DNA from: Lama guanicoe
Lineage: Eukaryota
Direction: 5' to 3'
Length of the DNA: 64,000 nucleotides
NCBI GenBank assembly: GCA_013239625.1
Contig: MU053873.1
Location: 2,866,524 to 2,930,523, forward strand
Of the stretch, positions 53,406-64,000 are shown in pieces; the stretch's first letter is position 1, and each line of letters opens with the position of its first letter. The notes beneath the pieces were generated by a model. The model had not been told where the DNA came from. It worked only from the letters and a program-made list of their open reading frames with translations, and made no database searches. Made by a program: the position numbers and the translations under genes.

Positions 53406-53505
53406 CTTTTTTTCTTTTTTATGGAGGTACTAGGGATTGAACCCAGGACCTTGTGCATGCTAAGCAGGCGCTCCCACCACTGAGCTATACCCATCCCCCT
53501 AACCC
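53406..53505 (-). mobile_element. Vic-1-type camelid SINE
   Basis: Reverse tRNA-Ala head with poly(T); flanking repeat ttaactctt on both sides. Confidence 0.85.
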
Positions 53506-56412
53506 GACCCTTAACTCTTGACTCTCCCTTCTTGTTTGGCTCTCAAGCTGAGTTCTTACCACCCAAAGCAACTATATCTCTGTTTGAAGGACGGAAGTGC
53601 CTCTGGACAAGGCACTTAATTTTTAGGGCTTGGAATTAACTTAGCACAGAACAGGCTGGCAGCAGCTGAAGAGAAGTATGACCCAGCTATCAATCATCAG
53701 TTACTGGGTCCTTTTATTTCCTGGTTAAAGGACTGGGCTGGGGCCCATAAACAGGGAGAGCTTTGGGGATGTGCTCCCCCATGGAGTCAAGAAAGGCAAG
53801 CTGGAGCTTGCCCAAAACTTCCTTCTTCCAGGGGTATGTCCATTCTCAGTAGGTGTCCAGGAAATGGGAGAAGGGCACCTCTCTGAGCCTCAATTTCTTC
53901 TTCTGGAATATGGGGTGAGGGAGTTCTTCCTTTTGGAGCACCTCGCTACACTTTGTTGTGTGGTTAGGACACTGGCTTTGGCCCCAGAGATCTGGATGCA
54001 AGTCCTAGCTTGGCTTCTTTTTAGCTGTGTGGCCCTGGACAAGTGACATCACCTCTCTGAGCCCCAGTTTCCCCATCTGTAAAATGGGGGGAGGTAATTA
54101 TAATGCTATCACATAGGTTTCCTGGTGAGACTTACATGACAGCATGGGGAAAGCACTGGGTGACTGGCAAACAGTAAGTTTGACTGACACTCTTCAAAAT
54201 TCTGCTTGGATGTCACCCTCTCTGTGACATCTCCCCAGCTCACAGAGATCAATGCAGTGCTCCACTCCCTCCACACCCACCTCCTCCAGCCACAGCAGTC
54301 TGCCCGCATCTCGCCAGGCTGTTTCTGGCCTCTCCAGAAACTTCCTGACCTTGGAGTTTCTGGAGGCCTAGGAGCCTCCCTGCTCTGTTACTGAGACATA
54401 GCTGGTCCCCTCAAAGGCTGTTCAGGTCAGTAAATGTGGAGGGTAAGGTGTATGCACAAACTCTGGTTCTGTCCTTCATCGGCTGTGTGACCTGAGGAAA
54501 CCACTTCACCTCTCTGTGCTGTCATTCCTGAACCCATAAAGTGGTAATGACAGTAGCTGTCTGCTGAGGATTCCTGGCATTTGAAGTCTTCATTGATGAG
54601 GTGCCAACTACAAGCCAGACCCTACGTGATGTGCTTTGCACATCATCTCTACATTTGGGTAATTACCTCTCTGTAATGCTCTCTCCTCACATTAGCTCTA
54701 ATTTATGTAATTATTATCTCTACGTAATCATGTTCAAGTTCATCATTGCTCATGGGTATAAACCACGCAGCTCAGGGCCGAGCACACATTAGGTCCTTCA
54801 TAAGTGATGACTAATTAGAACCATTATCCTAACGCCCAGAGCATCAACAGATCTGCCCAGTAGGTGACGGGGAGAAAAGTCCCCTCTCATCCGGTACACA
54901 GGGCATAAATCCTCACGACTCAGCCAGCGCTGCCCAGCACCTACTACGGGCCACCTTCCTGGCTCAGTCGGCAGCGCAAACTCCTTCCCCCTCGCCCATG
55001 TGATACGTAGCAACTGCAAACACTCAGGCCTTGTGAGGGGCCCCAAGGACGGAATTATTTTTACTATCAAACCCAAATTGGTTTACGAAAACTGTCAGTG
55101 GAAACCAAGCAAGATAAATTAAACCCCGCAGCTCCTCGGCCCCACTTACTCCTTGCTGGTGAGAGGCTATTTTCACTCCCTCTGTGGGAGGAAGGGGGTG
55201 CCAAGTCCAGATGCCGCCCTGCCAAGCATGTGTCACAGTCTGCCGGGGAGAGCCTTGGGCCGGTGACCTGAGGGCCCAGCTCCCTTCTGCAAAGCTTTAG
55301 TCCTGTTAACTGCTTAAAATCCTTCCGCTGCTGCCCACCGTGGGCAAGTCCAGACTCCCCAAATGCAGCCTTCGAGACCCTGCCTGATTCCACTGCTTCC
55401 TCCTTGACGCCGCGCCTCCTGTATCACTGAGCTCCAGGTGCGCAGGGCCTCCTCCAGCTCCTCTCAAGGGCCAGTGAGGACTCCAGACCCTGGAGACCTG
55501 GCAGGCAGAGTTCAAATCCTAGCTCTGCCAGTTCCCGGCTGTGTGATCAAAGTCATTTTTCTATCTCTACGAGCCTCAGTTTACGCATCTGTAAAATGGA
55601 GATAATAAGAGGACCCACTGTATGTGCTCACTGTGAAGGTGCCTGGGATGTGAATGCCATGGATAAACTAAGTGCTCAGCACACATCCCACGTTACAGAC
55701 AAATTTTCCTGCTTCTGGACCTTAGCACATGCTGTTCCTTTCAGCTGGAACACTGTTCCCTCCAGTGTTGCCCATCTGCTGTCTGTACTTTGGTCTCAGC
55801 TCAGCATAGATCAGAGTTCTTCTACTACAGCATCACTGACATTTGGCATCAGCTAATTCTTTGTGGAGGGGGCTGCCCTGTGCTTGGCAGGTTGTTTAGC
55901 AGCATCCCTGGCCTCCACCCATCAGATGCCAGTAGCATCTTTCCCTCCAATTATGGCAACCTAGAAATGCCACCAGACATTACTAAGTGTCCCTGGGGAA
56001 GCTTTTTCTCCATGTCCTGCTAATTTAGATAAGGATGTTGAAGGATATCTCAGAGGAGGCCACAGGGGAGCAGAGACCTGCAGGAAGCTAGGGAGTGAGC
56101 TATGCAGATATTCAGGACAGAGAGAGCATCAGGAGGTGAGGAGGAAAGAGACAGCCAGTGCAAAGGACCTGAGGTATGTTTACGGAACAGCAAGGAGGCC
56201 AGTGTGGCCAGAGAAAGCAAGGAGGAGAATGGAAAGAAATGAAGCAGGAGCCGTAACCAGGGCCAGATCACACAGGGCTTTTCTAAGAGCTTTGGCTCTT
56301 ACTCTGAATAAAATGAGGCGCTACTGCGACATTTGAAGCAGAGCATGATGTGATCTGCCTCAGGTTTCAGCAGGGTCACTCAGGGTGTTGGGTGAAAAAC
56401 AGCCCCCAAGGG

Positions 56413-56785
56413 AAGTGAGTCAGAGAAAGACAAATATCACATGAGATCACTTATATGCGGAATCTAAAAGAAAAATGACATAAATGAATTTATTTACAAA
56501 ACAGAAACAGACTCACAGACACAGAAAACAAACTTATGGTTAACCAGGGGGGAAATGGCGGGGTGGAGGGATAAACTAGGAGTTTGGGACTAGTTGATAC
56601 AAACTACTATTTACAGAACAGATAAACAACAAGATCTTACTGTATAGCACACGGAACTATATTCAATAGCTTATAATGCCCTATAACGAAAAACCATATG
56701 AACAAGAATATATGTATGTATACTGAATCACTATGCTGTACACCAGAAACTAACAACATTGCAAATCAACTATACTTCAATGAAA
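56413..56785 (+). mobile_element. L1 3' portion inserted in an L2
   Basis: TSD aaaaacagcccccaaggg (56395) / aaaaacagctcgcaaggg (56785). Confidence 0.85.
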
Positions 56786-57004
56786 AAAACAGCTCGCAAG
56801 GGGACAAAAGCAGGAGCAGGGAGACCAGGGAGGAAGCTCTGCTATAATCCTAGGATGAATCAGCGGTGGCTTGGACCACGGTGGTGGTCATGGGGGTGTC
56901 TGAAGTGCCTGAACTCGGGGCAGGTTTTGACTCTTGGGTAGAATCAACAGATGTACTGAGGACTTAGGGACAGGGTGTGAGAGAAAGGGACGAATCCAGT
57001 TCAC

Positions 57005-57210
57005 AGCGAGTGTGCTGGAGCTGGTGGCTCCTTCTGGGTCCTAAGAGCGGACTGTGAAATGACCAGGCACATGCTGAGCCTATGGGCATTGTGTTGGTTG
57101 CCTGAAATTGATCACAGTGGGAGTATTCACACCACGGAAATTGGCAGACGTTACAAATAAGGAGTTGTTCCCCGCCCTACTTGCTGCACATTTACCAGCA
57201 TTCTACTGCT
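57005..57210. mobile_element. hAT MITE (MER63-like)
   Basis: tgtgctggagctgg...gggagtattcacaccacggaaattggcagacgttacaaat...tttaccagcattctactg. Confidence 0.65.
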
Positions 57211-60200
57211 CTCGAATTAATGCCGTATCTTTTTGGTCTGAGCAGCTGACTCCCCACTGAGACGGGGAACATGACGTGAAAGAGTCTGGAGAAAGAGAAT
57301 CAAGGGGCACTTCGTCGGAGATGCCTCTTAGACACATCCAAGTGAAAAGGGAAGAAAGCAGGTGGATACAAGTTGAATATAATTGCTGTACTGAACTCAT
57401 AGGATTACTCTGAAGAGTAAATTAATTAATGTTTGGAAAGAACCTTGCAAACAGTAAGTACTCAGTGATGGAAACGGCTTTCTTTATCACCTCCATGAGA
57501 AAGGACCTTAACCACAGGCTAGACTTACGATCTCTCAAGTCTGAATCCATCCAGCAGATACGGGGGAGGGCATTATTTTTTTAACAAAATTGAATTTAGG
57601 TGAGGACGTTCTTCCCAATCCATCACAGTTCCCTTCCCTCCACGCTGTCTCATACCAGCCCCCCATTCCCATTTTATGTTACTTGCCTGGCCCTGTGGGA
57701 GTCTGTGTTTCCATCCTCTCTATTGAAGGCAACTCATTACTTTGTAGAGAAAGAAAGTGAAGCCCAGAGAGGCCAGGTGACGGGTCCAGGGTTGCTCAGG
57801 GATCACTGTCAGGGCACGGAAGAAGGAAGCCAGGGGCCCTCTCTTCCAGTTAACACTCACATCTAGTGTTGCCAAGATGATCAGAAGAAAGTCTGCTCCT
57901 TGCAAGGGTTCCTTTCCCGACGCTAATGCCGGTGGTGGCCTGGCTTGGGGTTGGGGGAGGATTTCTGTTTAAACTGCTCCAAGTTCCTGGCTTGGCTGCC
58001 CCGTCCTGTGCTTTGCAGTGGAAATAAAACCCCAGCTGGTGTCAAGCTGAAGGTTAATTGAATACTTGATGCCTAGAGGGGACGAAAGCAAGGTTCCTAT
58101 TTTCCTGTTTCCTCCTCCAGGCCTCTAATACCAAGGGAGACGGGGGCTAGTCTTGGTGAAGCAATCCCGTCTGTAAGGGGAGCACGTGGAGGAGAGGATA
58201 GCTGAGCTGCGCAGAGGGGAGGGGACCACAGACAATGTTTCGGGGCATGGAGCTGGGGGACCTTCTGCAAGAGAAGCCAGGATATCAGGAGCTGATTTCC
58301 TCTTCTCCTGGCTGAAGACTGAGGTGGTTTGCCCAGCAACTCCTGGTGCTGGGGTGCTCACTGATGGGGACCATAAGTTTCTATTTATTATGAGGGCAAT
58401 GGGGAGCCACAGAAGGCTTCCTAGAGGAAGCAGCTTTAGAACAGAGTTTCCAACTTGCAGCTTTAGCTCAGAATACCCCTGGGCCTCCCTTGGACGCCTT
58501 CCCTCTGTAACCCCTACCCAACCTCCATGCTCCAGCCACATTAAACTCCCTTTAAGTCACAAGGCAACCACCCTCTCTGTAATTTCCAGGCTTTGCACAT
58601 CTGTTCTCACTGTCCAGATATGCTTCCTTTCCCTTCATCACCTGCCTATACCCTCTTTCATCTCAGCTTAGAAGTCACTTTCTCCTGGAAGCCCTCTAAG
58701 ATTTCACTCAGGCTCCCTCAGCTGCCTCCCCTCCCCATCATTACCCTTATCACACTGCACATAGTTTCTTGTCCTCTTCACCCACTAGACAGTGAGGGCA
58801 CAGACTGCTTGCTTTTCTCAAAACCGTTCCTCCAGCACTTAGCCTAGTGCTCGCACAGTTCTTAGTTTTTTCTTTTTTCTTCAGAGTTCATCGAGACCAG
58901 CCAATCCAACATAAGTCTTACTGCTGAAGGGGCAACGATCAGAGTCTTTTCAGTGCCTAAAACTGCCTGGCTCCTCGCAGACACTCAAAAAATTTATCTT
59001 GAATGAATGAGCAAGTTATTCCAGATTCTAGAGGCCAGACAGATGAGAAAGGAAGAAAAGGGGTGTAACCTCATTGAGGAATGAGTAAGGGGGGCACTGT
59101 GCAAGGGATGCTTAAAACCTGCCTCCAGCAGCCATAAAACACTCATGTTCCAGGAACCTCATTACAGATTTAAAAACAAAAAACAAAAAAATGAGGCCCA
59201 GAGAGGAGCCAAACGTCACAGAGCTGGAAACGGAGGGGATGGAATTCTGACCAGGCTGTCCTGGCCCCAAAGCCACATGAGGCAACTGTGCAGAGTCTGT
59301 AAGTCTGTGACTCAGCTGGAGCAGGGGGTCCTGTGACAGCCTCTGAGGACCTTTCCACTACCTCTAGAGAACAGCTTCAAAGACAGTCACTCATAATTTT
59401 GCAAATAACTTTCCCTCTTGCAAGCCTCCGCTGCAGAGCCAGGCAACCCAAGTCCCGCTTCCCAGCCAAGTGGGTTTCTACTTCAGGCTTGAGGGGCGAG
59501 CTGACCCCCAGAGGCCCTGGCTGCACGCAGAGAGGCTCTTCCAAACTTAGCATCCCCCCACTGTCCCAGCCACGTGTCTGGGTCTGCTGGAACGCTCTTT
59601 TCTGCTTTCTAGACACCCCTATTTGTCTCTGTCCCCTTCTCTTGATCCCTGGGAGGTTAGAGGGGGAAAGGTCTAGATGGAGCATCTAATAGGTACTCCC
59701 ACTGAGTATCAGAAACAGCCACAGTCAGGTAAGTCCATTCATTACAGCATTTCTTCATTCAGCAAGCATTTCCTGACCATCTACTGTGTGTCAGGCTCTG
59801 TGTTAGACACTGGAACAGAGGTAACTCAGACCAGGTCCTGCTTGCAAGGACCTTCTGGTCTAGCTGACAGGTAGGAAAATAAACTACTACAGTCCGGAGC
59901 GAATGTGTTACACCTCCCTCCTCCTCCTGACCATCCTGGCCATTCAGTCCTTTGAAAATGCTGCTGTGTTGGCTCTTGCCACAGGGCCTTTGCACATTCT
60001 ATTCCTTCTAACTCATCTAACATTGTGTTCACTCTAACTCACCCTTTAGTTCTGAGCTTTATCAGATCCTCAGGGAAGGCTTTTTTGACATTCTTCTTTA
60101 CATCCAATCCCTGTTATAGAATCTCATAGCACCAGGCACCATTCTGTCCATCACTGACCAAAGTTACGGTATACTGTGACTGACATATTTCCTCACTTAG

Positions 60201-60412
60201 TGCCTGCTTCCTTAGCAGACCGAATTTCCTGAGGATATGGACTCTTTCTGGGCATGCATGATGTTGTTGTTTCCCCACCACTGGGTCCTCAGTCCTTTGC
60301 ACAGTCCCTGACACACAGTACATGCTTAATTAATATTGGTTGAAAGAATAAAGCAGGAGCAATTTCTTCCCCAATCTGGCTGGACTGTGGGTCCACTCAT
60401 CACAAACACTTA

Positions 60413-60586
<174 letters not shown>

Positions 60587-60734
60587 TTACGTCTAAGGAA
60601 GCAGATACGGGCAGCGCACTTAAGACTGTGGGCTATGAAGTCAGACAATCCATACGTGTGTGTGGAGTGATTACATCAGGGCTGGCCACATGCCTGTTGA
60701 GCAGAAGGGTGGCGAAGGTGGGGCAAGGACATTA

Positions 60735-61084
60735 TACCATGGGTTCTGCACCCACGGATTCAACCAACTGTGGACCAAAAATATTTGAAAAAAACCCAGA
60801 AAGTTTCAAAAAGCAAAACTTGAATTTGCCACTCACTAGCAAGTATTCACAGAGCATTTATATTGTATTTAGAACATTCCCATTGCATTTACAACTATTT
60901 ACATAATATTTACATTGCATTAGGGATTGTAAGTAATCTAGAGACAGTTTAAACTATACAGGAGAATGTGCATAGGTTATATGAAAATACTATGCATTTT
61001 ATATAAGGGACTTGAGCAGCCATAGGTTTTGGTGTCTTTGGGGTTCCTAGACCGATCCCCTGCAGATAACGAGGGATGACTGTA
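60735..61084. mobile_element. MER2 (TcMar-Tigger) element
   Basis: ccatgggttctgcacccacggattcaaccaactgtgga...cccctgcagataacgagggatgactgta. Confidence 0.8.
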
Positions 61085-62039
61085 GTTCTTTCAGGACCAA
61101 GGACAGAGCTCAAAGTTCCTAGTGAATCCTCAGCCCTCCAACCCCTGCCCTCCCTTGTGCAGGGTAAGTAGTGACTAGGAGATGGTACATTTGAGTCAGG
61201 TGGACCTGGGTTGGAGTCTTGCCTCTGCCATCAACAGGCTCGGTGACAAGGCATATAACTCTTGGAGCCTCAGCTCCCCCGCTCTGGACAGCAGGGAGAA
61301 ACAACAGTGCTGACTTCACTGGGTTATTCTGAGGCTTGACTGAGCTCACAGATGCCAAATGCAGCACAGCACCTGGCACAAGGTAAGCATCCAGTGATCC
61401 TCAGTTCATGTGACTGTGGAAGGCCCTTGGCTCTGAACTGGGAGTGGAGATGTGGCCGCACCTGGTGCTTGGTCCTTTAAATTTCACTCTGTGTTTACCC
61501 CTTTGGAAAGTTCTCAATAAGGCAGAGGCCAAAGCACCAATAAATTCCGCTCTGTTAAACCAGCACATTTAATAGAGGGATCAATCCCTCACCACGGCAA
61601 GGCTGTGATTTCACACCAACCGCCATCCGGGCGGCAGCTACCAGGGGCGAGGGCTCTCTTCATCACCCCACCTTCCCCACATTGAGTCCAGGCTCAGGAT
61701 GGCTCATTGACCTTGAATGTGGAGAAATGGGGAGGGCAGGGCACTGGAAACCCATGTAGATGAAGGTCCCACACAGCCGACATTGTCCAGAGGGGCTCAG
61801 AGCACAGGTCTCTGAGAACAGAGAGCCCAGACTTCCTTTCCTGCCTCTGTCAATTACCCTCAGTGTGTTCTGAGGCTGTCTTTTCAGTTTCTGTTTCCGC
61901 ATCTGTAAATAGTAACATGTACCTTACAGAGTTGGAGTGAGGATTAAATCAGATAATGCACAGACAGGGTGCCTGTAACACAGCTTGTGCACTCCTGTTA
62001 ACAACTACTGTTATCATTATTATCATTATTAATGAGACT

Positions 62040-62403
62040 CAGGGCTGCCATGTGTTGTTGGGTGGGTTGTGCACTGCACAAGTGTGCACAGCACATGTAG
62101 GAGTTGAAATCCATGCAGTGGTCTGCTCACCAACCTGTACACGATGGGGCCATATGCCTGGACAAAGGGGTACCTTTTTATTTTTATTTTTATTTTTTAA
62201 AATATTTCTTATTGAGTTATAGTCATTTTACAATGTTGTGTCAATTTCCAGTGTAGAGCACAATTTTTCAGTTACATATGAACATACATATATACATTGT
62301 CACATTTTTTTTTGCTGTGACAGGGGCACATTTTTAAGTGTAGCCATTTTGTAATTTTCTCAAGGACCAGCAGCAAACCTGACCCAAAGGAGAGTGAGCC
62401 CTG
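62040..62403. mobile_element. hAT-Tip100 MITE (MER91-like) interrupted by a minus-strand L1 3' end (62175-62320)
   Basis: cagggctgcc...ggttgtgcactgcacaag ... gagccctg; L1 reverse tttacaatgttgtgtcaatttccagtgtagagcaca. Confidence 0.6.
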
Positions 62404-62504
62404 AGAAGAGCTCTAAACCTAAAATTGGTATACAAGCTGGGCCTGTTCACCTGAAGGGGTGGAGGGCCCTGTGCGCTCCGGGAGGAGGGCGGGGACCCAC
62501 TCAC

Positions 62505-62699
62505 CTCTGCACAGGGGCTCTGTGTCGTTCCAGTACGGGTCCCGCACGTTGATGCACTCAATGATGGCCGGGCCCTGCTCCAGAGAGTGGCCAGGGTCGC
62601 AGGTAAACTCCACTATCGTCCCGATGTTATAGGTTGGGTCGGATGTGGTGAAGTTCCCGTTCTGAATGTAGGGCTCGTAGCAGTGGCCTTTTTCAAAGG
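62505..62699 (-). CDS. SEZ6L: SEZ6L coding exon 8, Sushi/CCP domain
   Basis: 195 bp; cgcAG/GTgagt; AFEKGHCYEPYIQNGNFTTSDPTYNIGTIVEFTCDPGHSLEQGPAIIECINVRDPYWNDTEPLCR; phase 1-1. Confidence 0.97.
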
Positions 62700-63106
62700 C
62701 TGCGTTGGGGACAGAGAAAGGGCAGTCACTCAGATGAGTCAGGGGCCGCTCACAGTGCTGTGTCTCAGAAGCAGGGGCCCCTCTTGCTGCTCACAGGGAA
62801 GCCCCAAGGGAAACAGGTGCCGGACCTCACAGTCTAGTTCCAGCTGACCTGCTGGGGGCCCTTGGGCCACTCACTTGGCTTCTTGGGCCTTGTTATTTTC
62901 ACATCTAAAATGAGAATAAGAACCTCTTGCCCTCCCAACCCTGCGGAGGTGGCCTTTGGAAGTCCAAGGGCCAGTCTAACCACTGCCCCCAGCCCATCCT
63001 TAGCAGGTCAGATTTGTACCTCCCAGGACCCAGGCCTAGCCCCACCATGCTTCCCCAACTGCCACACCACCACTCCAGGAGAGGGGGTGACCCCCGGGAC
63101 CCTCAC

Positions 63107-63273
63107 CCTCGAACCGGATGTTGAAGGCGGAGGTTGCCCGCGCCTGGTCAGAAGTGAATTCGATGCGGATGGTGTGGCCGTCACTTAGCAGGCCCTCAAA
63201 GGGGACGCTCTCGGTTTGGAGGGAGTCGTAGAGAAGAGCAGACTTGTTGGTCAGCCCGCTGTAGACCATCATC
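63107..63273 (-). CDS. SEZ6L: SEZ6L coding exon (human exon 7 equivalent), second half of a CUB domain
   Basis: 167 bp; tgctAG acceptor, GTgagg donor; translates (R)MMVYSGLTNKSALLYDSLQTESVPFEGLLSDGHTIRIEFTSDQARATSAFNIRFE, matching recalled SEZ6L protein. Confidence 0.96.
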
Positions 63274-64000
63274 CTAGCAGTGGGAAAGGAGATGAGGGCC
63301 CCTGAGAGTCTTCCTGGGTCAGAGTGTATGCCATGAGACCCCTTCTGGAGATCTATTCCCAGACTCAAATCCTGACTTCACCCCACACTCGCCCAGACGC
63401 TCTACTTCATTGAATCAAATTTGTTTCCCTTTCTGTCCAGCGGCTGTCCTAGACTCATGGACTGATTCTGAGGTTGTAAGGAAAGTGATGTGTATGATGT
63501 AATGACCAGACTACTTAACTGATACTGATTATTATTACTAATTAAGAAGTTGGGATGGACAGACTAATAACATTCCTGAAATACTGGTACATATATTTAG
63601 ACAGAGTCCCGGCTTTAACTTTTGAGCTGTGCGACTATGGACAAGAACACTTCACATCACTGGGCCTCTGTTTCCTCATCTGTAAAATGGGTATAAGCAC
63701 ACTTACATCAGAGTGTGGGCATTAGACACCATGGGTATAAAGTACCCAGGACACAGTAGGGGCAAGTCAAGTTTATGAAGCCTTGGACCCTTAACTAGGC
63801 TGTGTCTTTGATTCTCATTTCCTAAGAGCATGGTTGTGCGGAGTCAGCTGTCCTGATTTCCAGTTCCCAATTCCCCACCACTGAGGTTATCCAAGTCTCA
63901 GTACCTTTTGGGCCTCAGTTTCCACAGCTGTGAAAAGAGGGATCATAATGTCTTCCCTACCTATATTACAAGGGGGCTTTGAGAAAGTAACAGGATAAAG

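Overview
Mammalian genomic DNA, almost certainly a camelid (Camelus/Vicugna/Lama), judged from four copies of the tRNA-Ala-derived Vic-1-type SINE and cetartiodactyl-type L1 3' ends. The window holds the 3' half of SEZ6L (seizure related 6 homolog like) on the minus strand: 11 coding exons (human numbering 7-17, recalled) from 63273 down to the stop at 17009. All have canonical GT-AG junctions and splice into one continuous frame encoding CUB/Sushi(CCP) domains, a transmembrane helix and an NPxY tail. A ~3.2 kb 3'UTR ends at poly(A) signals near 13.8 kb, and the 5' exons lie beyond the right edge. The rest is intron or intergenic DNA rich in MIR, L2, L1, MaLR/ERVL LTR and hAT/Tigger relics. 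I found no new multi-gene system; almost all ORFs in the track are spurious. The best second-look items are a local templated insertion into the hairpin tip of a MER53, an L1 3' transduction, two 5'-inverted L1s, an AT-to-GC-shifted L1 next to exon 12, a cluster of CTCF motifs, a 33-nt microexon with a quadruple NAG acceptor downstream, and a possible intronic poly(A) site after exon 8. Repeat family names come from recalled consensus sequences and repeat boundaries are approximate.
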